Part shown: positions 19,839-30,918 of the stretch, piece after piece | How the letters are laid out: every line of letters begins with the position of its first letter | Position numbering within the stretch: position 1 is the first letter of the stretch | From: Pseudohongiellaceae bacterium | GTDB lineage: Bacteria > Pseudomonadota > Gammaproteobacteria > Pseudomonadales > Pseudohongiellaceae | Assembly: GCA_045565735.1 (NCBI GenBank) | Contig: JBJLER010000061.1 | Coordinates: 110 to 64,109 of the forward strand | DNA length: 64,000 nt | Direction of reading: 5' to 3' | The notes under the pieces: generated by a model | The model's input: only the letters and a program-made list of their open reading frames with translations | The model's database searches: none | What the model was told of the DNA's origin: nothing | Program-made: the position numbers and the translations under genes

Positions 19839-21317
19839 ATGAATGAAGAGCAGCTCCAGCAACTTTCAGTGGATGGATTTAACCGTATTCCAGTTGTTAG
19901 GGAAGTTCTTGCTGATACAGAAACTCCACTTAGCACTTATCTTAAATTAGCGAAGGGCAAACACAGTTATTTCTTTGAGTCGGTTCAGGGCGGAGAGAAG
20001 TGGGGGCGCTTCTCCATTATAGGCTTGCCTTGCAGCACTGTGCTTCGAGTCAAAGCTAGAAAGATAACGGTAGAAGTTGGAGATGAGGTTGTTGAAGAAA
20101 CAGAGACTAACAATCCCTTTGAGTTTATATCCGAATTTAAATCCCGCTATCGCGTAGCGGAACTTGACGATCCGCAAAGGTTTGCCGGCGGGCTAGTTGG
20201 TTACTTTGCCTATGACACTGTGCGTTATGTTGAAACAAAGATTGGGCCAAGTGCAGGCGACGATGAAATTGACACGCCTGACATTTTGTTAATGCTATCG
20301 GAGGAAGTGGTTGTTTTCGACAACCTCCGCGGAACTATCTCTTTCATCATCAACGTAGATCCATCTGAGTCTGATGCTTATGCAAAAGCACAAAGCCGAA
20401 TAGATCAGCTTCAAGAACTTTTGAAATCCCCAACACCATTGCCAGAATCTGGATCAGGCAAGGCCGCGTCAGAAAATCAGTTTCATCATCACTTCGAACA
20501 AGCACGTTATGAATCAGCAGTTGAAAAAATAAAAGAATATATTGTTGCGGGCGATGTAATGCAGGTTGTTTTGGCCCAGCGTATGTCAATCGATTTTGAT
20601 AGTGATCCAATCAATGTTTATCGTGCTCTGCGTTATCTAAATCCATCTCCTTACATGGTTTTCTTCGATATGGATGACCATCATGTGGTTAGCGCATCCC
20701 CAGAAATACTAGCCAGAGTAGAAAACGGAAAAATCACCGTACGTCCATTAGCAGGTACCAGAAAGCGCGGCTCAACAGAGGCAGAGGATCAGGCTCTGGA
20801 GGTTGAGCTTTTAGCCGATGCCAAGGAAATAGCTGAGCATTTAATGCTCATCGATTTAAGCCGTAATGATTCCGGGCGGGTATCGAAGATTGGATCTGTA
20901 ACTGTTCCCAATAAAATGTTTGTAGAGCGTTACTCTCACGTTATGCATATCGCTTCTATAGTTGAGAGTGAAATTCGTGATGATAAAACCGCATTGGATT
21001 TACTGCAGTCAACACTTCCCGTTGGCACCTTGAGTGGTGCCCCGAAAGTACGAGCTATGGAAATAATCGATGAACTAGAGCCTCATAAACGCGGTATCTA
21101 TGGTGGTGCCATGGGTTATCTTGGCTGGAACGATAATATGGACATGGCGATCGCAATACGTACGGCAGTGATTAAGAATCAAAAACTTTATGTAGGAGCA
21201 GGCGCAGGAATCGTCGCCGATTCTCAGCCAGAAAAAGAATGGGAAGAGACCCAAAGCAAAGCTAAGGCCATAGTGAAAGCTGTGCAACTTGCGCAGAAAT
21301 CTCTCAATTTAGATTAA
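19839..21317 (+). CDS. trpE: Anthranilate synthase component I
   Basis: 492 aa. LNPSPYMVFF and GAMGYLGWNDNMDMAIAIRT chorismate-binding signatures. It lies 12 nt after rpe. Confidence 0.95.
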   Translation: MNEEQLQQLSVDGFNRIPVVREVLADTETPLSTYLKLAKGKHSYFFESVQGGEKWGRFSIIGLPCSTVLRVKARKITVEVGDEVVEETETNNPFEFISEFKSRYRVAELDDPQRFAGGLVGYFAYDTVRYVETKIGPSAGDDEIDTPDILLMLSEEVVVFDNLRGTISFIINVDPSESDAYAKAQSRIDQLQELLKSPTPLPESGSGKAASENQFHHHFEQARYESAVEKIKEYIVAGDVMQVVLAQRMSIDFDSDPINVYRALRYLNPSPYMVFFDMDDHHVVSASPEILARVENGKITVRPLAGTRKRGSTEAEDQALEVELLADAKEIAEHLMLIDLSRNDSGRVSKIGSVTVPNKMFVERYSHVMHIASIVESEIRDDKTALDLLQSTLPVGTLSGAPKVRAMEIIDELEPHKRGIYGGAMGYLGWNDNMDMAIAIRTAVIKNQKLYVGAGAGIVADSQPEKEWEETQSKAKAIVKAVQLAQKSLNLD

Positions 21318-22753
21318 GCAGCTAAGATGGTTTCTTTCATATTTTTGTAAGCAGTGAGCGCTGCTTCTCTACTTTCTTTTAGATCCACAATTGGCAACGG
21401 ATAGTCTTTTCCGAGAGTAATTCCGTGGTTCTCAATCTCAGCAGGCGAGGCTGATCCGGGATCATGAATTAGTTTGCTAGGACACGAACATAATTCGGGA
21501 ACGTAGGAGCGAATATAGTCACCTTCAGGATCGAATTTATGCGACTGAATGACAGGATTGAATATCCGAAAATAGGGAGCGGCATCGGCACCACTTCCAG
21601 CCACCCATTGCCAACTGGCAGAATTGTTTGCGAGGTCCGCATCAATCAAACAATCCCAAAACCATTTAGCCCCGAGCTGCCATGGAATGCAAAGATTCTT
21701 TACCAGGAAAGACGCAACTATCATCCGCACTCGGTTATGCATGTAGCCTGTATGCCAAAGCTCTCGCATACCCGCATCGATTATAGGAAAGCCTGTCTTA
21801 CCCTCTTGCCAAAGTCGCAACAGTGCTTCGTTTTCAACCCATGGGAATTGGTCGAATTTCTGGTTTAAATTGCGATGGGTAATGAAAGGAAAATAGTAGA
21901 GTAAGGAATAAGAAAACTCACGCCACGCCAGTTCTCTCTGAAAATGTGCAACATTTGCTTCGATTTGCATCCCTTGGGTAGCTTCAGCAATGATTTGCAG
22001 AATTTGTCGCGGTGATATTTCTCCATAGTGCAAATGGGGTGATAGTCTGGAGACTGAATTTAAAGCAGGAAAATCTCTACCTACTTTGTAGTTCTCAATA
22101 CCTTTTTGAATAAAGCTATCTAATCTCTCTTGTGCTCCATGCTCGCCTGGCGACCAATTTGATGCAATCCCTTCATACCAATTAAGTGAAGTCATTAAAG
22201 CAAGTTGTTCTATTTTGTCATTAGCCTGAGAACATGGGATGGTTTTCAGCTTGGCTATTTTGGTATCTGTTGGAGTCTCTATGAACAGATTCTGCATCCC
22301 ATTTTTATAGAATGGAGTAAATACTTTATAAGGCGTATCGTCATGTTTTAAATTAGTCCATGGCTCCCACAGTAATGCTGAGTTAAAACTACGGACTGAA
22401 ATGCCTAAGCATTCAAGCTCAGTTTTGATCTTTTTGTCACGCTGAACTTGCCATGGTTCATAACAACGATTCCAAAAGACATTTTCGATACTATGCTCAC
22501 TGATTAGCTGTTCGATAATTTGCTTTGGATCTCCCTTATAAACCCAAAGCTTATTGGCGAGAGTTTGATTCAGTTGCTGCAGTGAATGATGCAGCCACCA
22601 GCGGCTGGCGGATCCAATTTTGCAATCTCCAGGATTTGTGTCATCCAGAATATAAACTGGAAGTACATGACCGGTGTCGATAGCTTCAGCTAACGCTGGA
22701 TTGTCAAGCAAACGCAAGTCTTGTCTAAACCACACCAGGGATACAGATTGCAT
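21314..22753 (-). CDS. phrB: Deoxyribodipyrimidine photolyase (class I photolyase/cryptochrome family)
   Basis: 479 aa. The N-terminus LVWFRQDLRLLDNPAL is a photolyase alpha/beta domain. The C-terminal FAD domain has WQWVAGSGADAAPYFRIFNP. Confidence 0.9.
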   Translation of the reverse strand: MQSVSLVWFRQDLRLLDNPALAEAIDTGHVLPVYILDDTNPGDCKIGSASRWWLHHSLQQLNQTLANKLWVYKGDPKQIIEQLISEHSIENVFWNRCYEPWQVQRDKKIKTELECLGISVRSFNSALLWEPWTNLKHDDTPYKVFTPFYKNGMQNLFIETPTDTKIAKLKTIPCSQANDKIEQLALMTSLNWYEGIASNWSPGEHGAQERLDSFIQKGIENYKVGRDFPALNSVSRLSPHLHYGEISPRQILQIIAEATQGMQIEANVAHFQRELAWREFSYSLLYYFPFITHRNLNQKFDQFPWVENEALLRLWQEGKTGFPIIDAGMRELWHTGYMHNRVRMIVASFLVKNLCIPWQLGAKWFWDCLIDADLANNSASWQWVAGSGADAAPYFRIFNPVIQSHKFDPEGDYIRSYVPELCSCPSKLIHDPGSASPAEIENHGITLGKDYPLPIVDLKESREAALTAYKNMKETILAA

Positions 22754-22893
22754 TGTTTACTCACATATATATAAGACAGTTCTGAGTACGCTAACTCTTT
22801 GAAATTGGATTCATTTTCCATCAAGACAGGAAGTAAAGCTGCTGCTATGATTGGCCCTCTTTTGCGAGGGGTGAAGAGCCAGAGACCGAAACT

Positions 22894-23481
22894 ATGCTCT
22901 TAATGATCGATAATTATGATTCTTTTACTTACAACGTGGCTCAGTATCTCGGAGAACTCGGTGCCGAAGTAAAAGTGTATAGAAACGATGCAATAAGCAT
23001 TGAAGAAATTGAATCCCTTGAACCACAGCAGATCGTAATTTCACCCGGGCCATGCACTCCTAACGAAGCTGGAATCTCCATGCAAGTAATTTCTCATTTC
23101 GCTGGCAAGAAACCCATACTGGGAATTTGTCTCGGACATCAGAGTATTGGTCAGGCTTTTGGTGGAAAAATCGTTCGTGCCGGCAAAGTAATGCATGGAA
23201 AATTATCGTCGATTCAGCATGATGGCAAAGGTGTTTTCAAAGATTTGGCAAAATCATTTACCGCTACGCGTTACCACTCATTAGCAATTGATAAAACTAG
23301 TGTCCCCGACTGTCTCGAAGTTACAGCATGGACTGAAGATAAAGATGGCAACATAGAAGAGATCATGGGAGTGCGTCATAAATCTCTTGCTGTGGAAGGT
23401 GTACAGTTTCATCCTGAATCAATCTTGAGCGAAGAAGGGCACCGGTTGCTTAACAATTTTTTACTCAATAGTGTGAATTAA
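22894..23481 (+). CDS. trpG: Anthranilate synthase component II (glutamine amidotransferase)
   Basis: [14 protein letters not shown], catalytic GICLGHQ and FHPES. trpD follows. Confidence 0.93.
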   Translation: MLLMIDNYDSFTYNVAQYLGELGAEVKVYRNDAISIEEIESLEPQQIVISPGPCTPNEAGISMQVISHFAGKKPILGICLGHQSIGQAFGGKIVRAGKVMHGKLSSIQHDGKGVFKDLAKSFTATRYHSLAIDKTSVPDCLEVTAWTEDKDGNIEEIMGVRHKSLAVEGVQFHPESILSEEGHRLLNNFLLNSVN

Positions 23482-23499
23482 ATATCCAGGAGAACTAGT

Positions 23500-24528
23500 A
23501 TGACTATTGTCGGTGCAATCAGACGAGTCACTAGCGGCCAGGACTTAAATAAAGAAGAAATGATGGGGGTTATGCACGAGATAATGTCGGGCCAGACCAC
23601 CGATGCTCAAAATTCTGCTTTTCTGGTTGGATTGCAAATGAAAGGAGTTAAAGCTGCGGAAGTACTCGGTGGCGCAATGGTAATGCGTGAGCTATCGAAT
23701 AAAGTTAAGGTTGAGTCATCGCCCCATCTTGTGGACACTTGCGGTACAGGCGGCAGTGGTTCAAATAAATTCAATGTATCCACAAGCTCAGCGTTCGTAG
23801 CAGCGGCAGCTGGAGCGAAAGTTGCCAAGCATGGAAATCGCGGAGCAACCAGTAAGAGTGGCAGTGCCGATGTGTTAGAGGCTGCAGGTATCAATCTAGC
23901 TTTAAGTGCTGGACAGATAGCCACTACAATCGAACAAGTTGGTGTTGGATTTATGTTTGCACCTGCTCATCATAGTGCAATGAAGCATGTTATTGCGGCA
24001 CGCAAAGAAATCGGCGTACGCACAGTATTCAATATTCTAGGACCCCTTACAAATCCTGCAGCTGCGCCGAATCAGATTATAGGTGTATTCGATCCGCAAT
24101 GGATTCCTATTCTCTTGGAAGTATTGCGAGATCTGGGATCCGATCATGTTTTGATAGTCGCCGCGGAAGATGGACTGGATGAAATCAGTATCGCTGCAGC
24201 GACCGCTGTTGGTGAGCTTAGAGGTGGTGAGATTTCCAGTTATACCGTGTCTCCAGCGGATTTCGGCATCGAGCAATATGCAAACTATGATGAACTGAAG
24301 ATTGACTCAGCAGAAGCAAGTCTAACCCTAATGCGCCAGGCACTTACCTATGAAAATAAAGCTGCGGGGGACATCGTCGCACTGAATGCTGGGGCGGCCA
24401 TCTTCGCTGCCAACTTAGAAGATTCATTGCTGAATGGTGTGAAGCGTGCCCAGGAAGTCCTAATTAGTGGAGCAGCGCTAGCAAAGCTAGACGAACTGGT
24501 GCAGTGCTCCAATAGCATGAGTGAATAA
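23500..24528 (+). CDS. trpD: Anthranilate phosphoribosyltransferase
   Basis: [24 protein letters not shown] and the FAPAHH motif. Confidence 0.95.
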   Translation: MTIVGAIRRVTSGQDLNKEEMMGVMHEIMSGQTTDAQNSAFLVGLQMKGVKAAEVLGGAMVMRELSNKVKVESSPHLVDTCGTGGSGSNKFNVSTSSAFVAAAAGAKVAKHGNRGATSKSGSADVLEAAGINLALSAGQIATTIEQVGVGFMFAPAHHSAMKHVIAARKEIGVRTVFNILGPLTNPAAAPNQIIGVFDPQWIPILLEVLRDLGSDHVLIVAAEDGLDEISIAAATAVGELRGGEISSYTVSPADFGIEQYANYDELKIDSAEASLTLMRQALTYENKAAGDIVALNAGAAIFAANLEDSLLNGVKRAQEVLISGAALAKLDELVQCSNSMSE

Positions 24529-25336
24529 AACTGTGCCCCAAGCCACCATCCTTGAAGAAATTATTGAGCATAAACTGGGAGAGATTGCTGCGGCCAAGGA
24601 TCAGACTTCCATAGCTGAATTAGAATCTCAATTCGCACTAGTCGGTTCTACTCGTGGTTTTTGTCAGGCTCTACGCAACAAGATAAGTGCACAACAGCCT
24701 GCTGTGATTGCAGAAATTAAAAAAGCGTCGCCTTCCAAAGGATTAATCAGACAAAACTTTGATCCTGCAGAGCATGCTGCCGACTATGCCGCGAATGGTG
24801 CCACTTGCCTTTCTATACTTACCGATCAGAAATTCTTTCAAGGATCAAATACATTTTTAAGACAAGCTCGTGACGCTTGTAACCTTCCTACTATACGCAA
24901 AGATTTTGTGATTGATCCATACCAAATTGCAGAATCCAAAGTGCTGGGAGCAGATTGCATTCTGCTAATTGTTGCAGCTTTGCAACGTTCGCAGTTAGCC
25001 GAATTGGCTGCTTATGCTAATGAAATCTCAATCGATATACTGGTTGAAGTTCATAACAAGGAAGAGTTAGAGCACGCATTGGAACTGGATACTGACATTA
25101 TTGGTATCAATAATCGCAATCTGCATACATTTGAAACATCATTGCGGACTACTCTGGAATTGGCTTCTTCAATGCCGCCGGAAAAGCTTGTTGTAACAGA
25201 AAGTGGAATAAACGCTGTCGAAGATGTAAAGACAATGACCGATAATGGAATTTTCGGTTTTCTAGTTGGTGAATCATTTATGCGTGCAGAAAAACCTGGC
25301 GCTCAATTAAAAGAACTATTCTTTTCTCATGAATGA
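24521..25336 (+). CDS. trpC: Indole-3-glycerol phosphate synthase
   Basis: [22 protein letters not shown] and GINNRNL motifs. The GTG start overlaps trpD by 8 nt. Confidence 0.94.
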   Translation: MNKTVPQATILEEIIEHKLGEIAAAKDQTSIAELESQFALVGSTRGFCQALRNKISAQQPAVIAEIKKASPSKGLIRQNFDPAEHAADYAANGATCLSILTDQKFFQGSNTFLRQARDACNLPTIRKDFVIDPYQIAESKVLGADCILLIVAALQRSQLAELAAYANEISIDILVEVHNKEELEHALELDTDIIGINNRNLHTFETSLRTTLELASSMPPEKLVVTESGINAVEDVKTMTDNGIFGFLVGESFMRAEKPGAQLKELFFSHE

Positions 25337-25380
25337 AGCCACTGATTTAGAGCCTTGACCTTAAGATTCCTTCCAAATAG

Positions 25381-25806
25381 ATGAGAACTACTATGAACGC
25401 GCGAGTTAAATGGGTTGAAAACGTAATGTTTGTTGCTGAATCTGCCACAGGCCATGGCATTGTTATCGATGGTGCGCCAGAGAGTGGCGGTAATAATATG
25501 GGTATGAGGCCAATGGAATTGGTAGCTCTTGGTGTCGGTGCATGTTCTTCATACGATGTAGTTACCATATTGAAGAAAGCACGTCAGGATATAACCAGCT
25601 GTGAAGCGGAAGTAATATCTAGGCGTGTTGACGCAATTCCAGCAGTGTTCGAATCGATTCATCTGCACTTTAACGTTGCTGGAAATGATCTCAGCGAAAA
25701 ACAGGTTGAGAGAGCAATTGCGTTATCGGCGGATAAATATTGTTCGGCATCGATCATGCTGAAAAAAGCCGGAGTAAAAGTTTCTTACGATTTCGAAATA
25801 GTCTAA
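25381..25806 (+). CDS. OsmC family protein
   Basis: 141 aa with two conserved Cys contexts (GACSSYDV and YCSAS) typical of the OsmC/Ohr fold. Confidence 0.8.
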   Translation: MRTTMNARVKWVENVMFVAESATGHGIVIDGAPESGGNNMGMRPMELVALGVGACSSYDVVTILKKARQDITSCEAEVISRRVDAIPAVFESIHLHFNVAGNDLSEKQVERAIALSADKYCSASIMLKKAGVKVSYDFEIV

Positions 25807-25905
25807 TAACGAGAATTGATGGGCTGGGAATACGACGCTATCGCTAAACAGTAAGCGAAGGCGAGCCTTCTTACAAATACTGTGCGAAAAAACTAATTGA
25901 AATAG

Positions 25906-26553
25906 CTATATATGATAAGTAGTTTTTTTCATGACCTGCGCCATGGCTGTCATGGCTTGTTTGACAGGCAATGGTAGGTCGGCACCGCCTGCTTCTTTAG
26001 CGGTTTCGCCATGCTGCATTTCATCTTTGATCATCTGTTCGAGAATTGCCTTACTCTTGCCATCTTGCTCAGGCAATTTAGTTAAATGATCTTCAAGGTG
26101 TTTGCATACTTGATCTTCAGTTTCAGCTACAAATCCGAGACTCCATTTATCTCCAGCTAATCCGGCGATAGCTCCCATACCAAAAGACAATCCATACCAG
26201 AATGGATTTAGCAAGCTCGGATGGCTATCAAGCTCTTTCAATCTTTCATCACACCAAGCAAGATGATCGACTTCTTCTTGAGCAGCATGATCCATAGATT
26301 CCCTAACTTCATCCAGTCTTGCGGTTGCTGCCTGACCAGCATAGAGCGCCTGTGCACAAACTTCGCCAGTGTGATTAATTCGCATTAAGCCGACGATGTG
26401 CTTTTTTTCTGCTGCGGAAAGCTCTTCTTCGGCAACTGGACCGGCAGGTGAAGATCGAGTTGCAATACTGGAGCCAGGCACACAAGTGCGCAGTGCCTGA
26501 TCGAATTGAAGTAAGCAACGATCGAGAAAAGAATGGTTAATAGAAACTGTCAT
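25906..26553 (-). CDS. coq7: Demethoxyubiquinone hydroxylase (COQ7-type di-iron monooxygenase)
   Basis: 215 aa. Ferritin-like di-iron motifs ([20 protein letters not shown]) are typical of bacterial Coq7. Confidence 0.88.
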   Translation of the reverse strand: MTVSINHSFLDRCLLQFDQALRTCVPGSSIATRSSPAGPVAEEELSAAEKKHIVGLMRINHTGEVCAQALYAGQAATARLDEVRESMDHAAQEEVDHLAWCDERLKELDSHPSLLNPFWYGLSFGMGAIAGLAGDKWSLGFVAETEDQVCKHLEDHLTKLPEQDGKSKAILEQMIKDEMQHGETAKEAGGADLPLPVKQAMTAMAQVMKKTTYHI

Positions 26554-27837
26554 TCAGGTATTTTCTCGCGCTACAGCGCGATAGGCAATATCCGTTCGGA
26601 AATAGACGTTTTTCCAGTTGATGCTGTTTACCAGCTCATAAGCGGCTGCCCGGGCTTCGCTGACACTGCTACCCAATGCAGTTGCGCAGAGAACGCGCCC
26701 ACCGCTGGTGACAATGTTGCCTTCTTGTTCGGTGGTACCTGCATGAAAGACTTTTTGATGTTTAGTCGACGTAGGAATTCCACTAATAATATCTCCTTTG
26801 GCATATAAGTCTGGATATCCTCCCGATGCTAGTACAACTCCAACGGCGCAACGGGAATCCCATTCAGCAGATTTTGAATCTAATGTTTGCTCGAGGGCGG
26901 CCAAACAGAGTTCGGGCAAGTCAGATTGGAGGCGCATCATGACTGGCTGTGCTTCCGGATCTCCAAAGCGGCAGTTAAATTCCACAACATTTACTTCACC
27001 GTCAGGAGAAACCATTAATCCAGCATAGAGAAAACCAGTATAGTCATTCCCGTCTGCCGCCATACCGGCGACAGTAGGTAGTATGACCTGATCCATAATG
27101 CGTTGATAAACCTCATCAGTAACGACAGAGGCAGGGGAGTACGCTCCCATGCCGCCGGTGTTTGGCCCCTTATCACCATTGTCTCGCGCTTTGTGATCCT
27201 GGGAGGTGGCCATGGGTAAAATATTCTTGCCATCTACCATGGCAATGAAACTGGCTTCTTCTCCTGGTAGAAACTGCTCAATGACAACACAATGGCCAGC
27301 CTCACCAAAAGCGTTACCAGAGAGCATATCTTTCACGGCGGCAAAGGCATCTTCTTTATTCATGGCGACGATGACACCTTTACCGGCTGCAAGACCATCA
27401 GCTTTGATGACAATAGGCGCACCATTGGACTGAATAAAGGCCACGGCTGGATCGACTTCGGTGAAGGTCTGATAAGCAGCGGTGGGCACACCATGCTTAC
27501 GGCAAAAATCTTTGGTAAAGGCTTTGGAGCCTTCTAACTGAGCTGCTTGTTTCGATGGACCGAAACAGGCAAGATCGCGCTCCTGAAAATAGTCAACTAT
27601 TCCGTCAACTAAAGGTGCTTCAGGTCCCACTATAGATAATCCTATTGATTCTTGCTCTGCAAAATCCGCAAGTGCAGAAAAATCCATTACGTCAATGACA
27701 ACATTTTCAATTTTATCTTCAAGTGCAGTTCCGGCATTGCCCGGAGCCACGAAAACTTTTTCCACTGACTGTGATTGAGCACATTTCCAAGCTAGGGAAT
27801 GTTCTCTGCCGCCGGATCCAATAATAAGTACTTTCAT
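26554..27837 (-). CDS. purD: Phosphoribosylamine-glycine ligase
   Basis: MKVLIIGSGGREH, an ATP-grasp core and 427 aa. Confidence 0.96.
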   Translation of the reverse strand: MKVLIIGSGGREHSLAWKCAQSQSVEKVFVAPGNAGTALEDKIENVVIDVMDFSALADFAEQESIGLSIVGPEAPLVDGIVDYFQERDLACFGPSKQAAQLEGSKAFTKDFCRKHGVPTAAYQTFTEVDPAVAFIQSNGAPIVIKADGLAAGKGVIVAMNKEDAFAAVKDMLSGNAFGEAGHCVVIEQFLPGEEASFIAMVDGKNILPMATSQDHKARDNGDKGPNTGGMGAYSPASVVTDEVYQRIMDQVILPTVAGMAADGNDYTGFLYAGLMVSPDGEVNVVEFNCRFGDPEAQPVMMRLQSDLPELCLAALEQTLDSKSAEWDSRCAVGVVLASGGYPDLYAKGDIISGIPTSTKHQKVFHAGTTEQEGNIVTSGGRVLCATALGSSVSEARAAAYELVNSINWKNVYFRTDIAYRAVARENT

Positions 27838-27839
27838 AA

Positions 27840-29423
27840 TTAGTGCCTAAAATGGCGAAACCCGGTAAAAACCATGGCTAATCCGAGTTCATCGGCTGCG
27901 GCAATAACATCCTCGTCTCGCATTGAACCACCGGGCTGAATTACCGCCGTAATTCCAGCTTCAGCTGCGGCATCTATGCCGTCTCGGAATGGGAAAAAGG
28001 CATCTGAGGCCATAACTGATCCCTGGACTTCAAGATTTTCATCCGCGGCTTTGATACCAGCGATCTTGGCACTGTAGACGCGGCTCATCTGTCCGGCACC
28101 AATGCCTATTGTTTGATTGTTCTTACAATAAACAATGGCATTGGATTTCACATATTGGGCAACACACCAGGCGAAGAGGAGGTCACGTACTTCATTGTCG
28201 TTGGGAGCACGCTTGGTAACTACTTTTAAGTCGTTAGCAGTAATTGCATGGATGTCTCTATCCTGGACCAATAAACCTCCATTGACTCGCTTGTAATCCA
28301 ATTCCGCAGCGCGTTCAGTTTTCCATTGGCCACAGGCGAGTACCCTAACGTTTTTCTTTGCTGCAGTGATAGCCAATGCAGTTTGAGAAACCGACGGAGC
28401 AATAATTACTTCTGTAAACTGTTGTTCGGTTATTTTTTTTGCGGTTTCTTCGTCGAATTCGCGATTGAATGCAATTATTCCGCCAAATGCGGAAGTGGGA
28501 TCTGTTTGAAATGCTAATTCGTATGCTTTTAATGGAGAATCCGCGATTGCGACTCCACAAGGGTTAGCATGTTTAACAATGACACAGGCAGGTTCAGTGA
28601 AACACTTTACACACTCAAGAGCAGCATCAGTGTCTGCAATGTTGTTGTAAGAGAGTTCTTTGCCTTGTAATTGAGTTGCTGTGCTAACGCTCGCTTCTTC
28701 TGGATTTTTTTCCACGTAAAACGCGGCTTGCTGATGGGGGTTCTCTCCATAGCGGATTTCTTGAGTCTTAAAGAGCTGAATATTAAAAGTTCTTGGAAAT
28801 GAAGATGCACTATTACCTTCTTCCAGTTTAGTCCCAAGATAGTTTGCTATTGCGCCATCATAAGCTGCGGTATGTTCGTAAGTTTTTACAGCGAGATTAA
28901 ATCGAGTTTCTTGATTTAAACAAACATCATTCTTTCGAAGTGTTTCAATAATGCTGTCATAGTCAGAAGGATTGACAACTACCGCGACGTACTTGTTGTT
29001 TTTAGCCGCCGCCCGCAACATAGTTGGGCCGCCAATATCGATATTTTCAATTGCTGTGGGCAGATCGCAGTCAGGATTGGCTACGGTGGCTTCAAAGGGG
29101 TAGAGATTAACCACTACCAGGTCGATAGGGGGAATGTCATGCTCCTCCATGACCGCCTTATCCTGGTCGCGACGTGCCAGGATACCGCCGTGAACTCTGG
29201 GGTGTAGAGTTTTCACCCGGCCATCCATCATTTCCGGAAAGCCAGTGTAGTCAGAGATCTCTATAGCAGGAATACCTTCCGAAGTGAGGAGTTTGTAGGT
29301 ACCCCCAGTGGATAAAATTTCGATATTTAAGTCGGAAAGTGCTTTAGCGAAGGGAACGATGCCAGTCTTGTCTGAAACACTAATCAATGCTCGACTGATG
29401 GCGCCAGAATTATCTGATGTCAT
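27840..29423 (-). CDS. purH: Bifunctional AICAR transformylase/IMP cyclohydrolase
   Basis: [13 protein letters not shown]-like domain plus the AICARFT domain. 527 aa. Confidence 0.96.
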   Translation of the reverse strand: MTSDNSGAISRALISVSDKTGIVPFAKALSDLNIEILSTGGTYKLLTSEGIPAIEISDYTGFPEMMDGRVKTLHPRVHGGILARRDQDKAVMEEHDIPPIDLVVVNLYPFEATVANPDCDLPTAIENIDIGGPTMLRAAAKNNKYVAVVVNPSDYDSIIETLRKNDVCLNQETRFNLAVKTYEHTAAYDGAIANYLGTKLEEGNSASSFPRTFNIQLFKTQEIRYGENPHQQAAFYVEKNPEEASVSTATQLQGKELSYNNIADTDAALECVKCFTEPACVIVKHANPCGVAIADSPLKAYELAFQTDPTSAFGGIIAFNREFDEETAKKITEQQFTEVIIAPSVSQTALAITAAKKNVRVLACGQWKTERAAELDYKRVNGGLLVQDRDIHAITANDLKVVTKRAPNDNEVRDLLFAWCVAQYVKSNAIVYCKNNQTIGIGAGQMSRVYSAKIAGIKAADENLEVQGSVMASDAFFPFRDGIDAAAEAGITAVIQPGGSMRDEDVIAAADELGLAMVFTGFRHFRH

Positions 29424-29496
29424 AAGTTGTGTAACGCGTTTGTGTTATTACTAGGGTCGACTTACAACAAAGTTTTAGTGTTAGGATTCTCTAAAA

Positions 29497-29799
29497 CTAA
29501 AGTAAGCCATAATTTTTAAGTTTAGTGCGTAGAGTACCACGGTTTACACCTAGCATTATAGAAGCCTTGCTTTGATTGTTGCCAGTGTAACGCATAACAG
29601 CTTCTATTAATGGAGCTTCCACTTCCGACATTACCATCTGATGTAAATCTGTTACTGGCTCATCTTCGATATGTTGAAAGTAACGACGGAGTGCTTTCTC
29701 TACTTCAGATCTGAGTGTGCTTTCCTGTTGAGCAAAAGGCTCTATGTTTTCTGCAAGTTGAAAATTTGAGATAGTCGAGGACTCTTCCAGTTTATTCAT
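29497..29799 (-). CDS. fis: DNA-binding protein Fis
   Basis: 100 aa. The C-terminal HTH is GNQSKASIMLGVNRGTLRTKLKNYGL. It has a 4-nt overlap with dusB. Confidence 0.95.
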   Translation of the reverse strand: MNKLEESSTISNFQLAENIEPFAQQESTLRSEVEKALRRYFQHIEDEPVTDLHQMVMSEVEAPLIEAVMRYTGNNQSKASIMLGVNRGTLRTKLKNYGLL

Positions 29800-30788
29800 G
29801 CAGCGATGGCTCCATCATCAATAGCCAGGTTCTCAAAATAAGACTTCAGAATGTCTAATTGAGCCGGCCCTTCTTGTAATTTATTAAAATGTGATAAGAA
29901 TTGCTTCGAATTTGGCAAATTTCTCACATAACCAGCAACATGTTTACGAGCGTACCACACACCTTTAGTTTCTCCATAGAAACTCTGTAATTTTTTTAGG
30001 TGAGATTCGATAATTCGAAGTTTTTTGAAGACATTAGGTTCGGATTTGTGTATTCCGGTAACGAGATAGTGATTTATCTCTTCGAAAATCCACGGCCGTC
30101 CCATTGCGGCTCGCCCGATCATTAGTCCGTCGGCTTTGGTGTATTCCAAAACTTTTTTCGCCTTAACAGGAGAGTCGATATCGCCATTGGCGACTATGGG
30201 AATTGAGACGTTTTGTTTGATTTCAGCAATCATGTCGTATTCAGCTTCACCCCGGAAGCGGCATTCTCTAGTACGACCGTGAATAGTTAGCAACTGCACG
30301 CCACATTCTTCGGCAATCTTTGCTACTTCAACGCCATTACGATTCTCCTGATTCCAACCAGTACGAATCTTTAGTGTTACGGGCACTTCTACACTAGCTG
30401 TGACTGTTTTTAATATTTTTTTAACTAGTTCGATGTCTTTTAGTAAGGCAGATCCCGCTGCTTTTTTTAATACCTTCTTGGCAGGGCAACCCATATTGAT
30501 ATCTATGGCATTTGCACCCTGTTGAACGTTTAGTTGTGCAGCTTCACTTAACATAGCTGGATCAGCACCGGCGATTTGCACAACGTGAGGCCCGGAGATT
30601 TTAGGCTTAACTTGTTTAAGTCTGTTGCGTTCGTTACTCCAGAGCTCTGCATTGCAAGTTAGCATTTCTGCAATGGTTAAACCGGCTCCACTTTCACTAC
30701 ATATCTCACGAAATGGCGTATCACTCACGCCTACCATCGGTGCTAGAAATAGAGAATTGTTTAGCTTGTAAGGACCGATGGATTGCAC
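29796..30788 (-). CDS. dusB: tRNA-dihydrouridine synthase B
   Basis: LAPMVGVSD and INMGCPAKKV in the Dus FMN barrel. dusB-fis operon. Confidence 0.95.
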   Translation of the reverse strand: MQSIGPYKLNNSLFLAPMVGVSDTPFREICSESGAGLTIAEMLTCNAELWSNERNRLKQVKPKISGPHVVQIAGADPAMLSEAAQLNVQQGANAIDINMGCPAKKVLKKAAGSALLKDIELVKKILKTVTASVEVPVTLKIRTGWNQENRNGVEVAKIAEECGVQLLTIHGRTRECRFRGEAEYDMIAEIKQNVSIPIVANGDIDSPVKAKKVLEYTKADGLMIGRAAMGRPWIFEEINHYLVTGIHKSEPNVFKKLRIIESHLKKLQSFYGETKGVWYARKHVAGYVRNLPNSKQFLSHFNKLQEGPAQLDILKSYFENLAIDDGAIAA

Positions 30789-30918
30789 TCGAGTTTTTCT
30801 GTGAAAGGAAAAGGCCGCATATTTTATCGGGGACCGAATCTCAACGAAAGAGATTTGAATGAAATATCAGAGAAATATTCACATGTCAGTTGTCATGCAG
30901 CGGAGATACTCTAGTTTT

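Noticed and set aside
22754-22893. Possible trp leader peptide or attenuator upstream of trpG (short [21 protein letters not shown] and a small hairpin CCCTC-TTTGC-GAGGG).
   Set aside because: The short ORF has no Trp codons. The hairpin is only 5 bp with no U-tract, and no alternative antiterminator pairing is visible.
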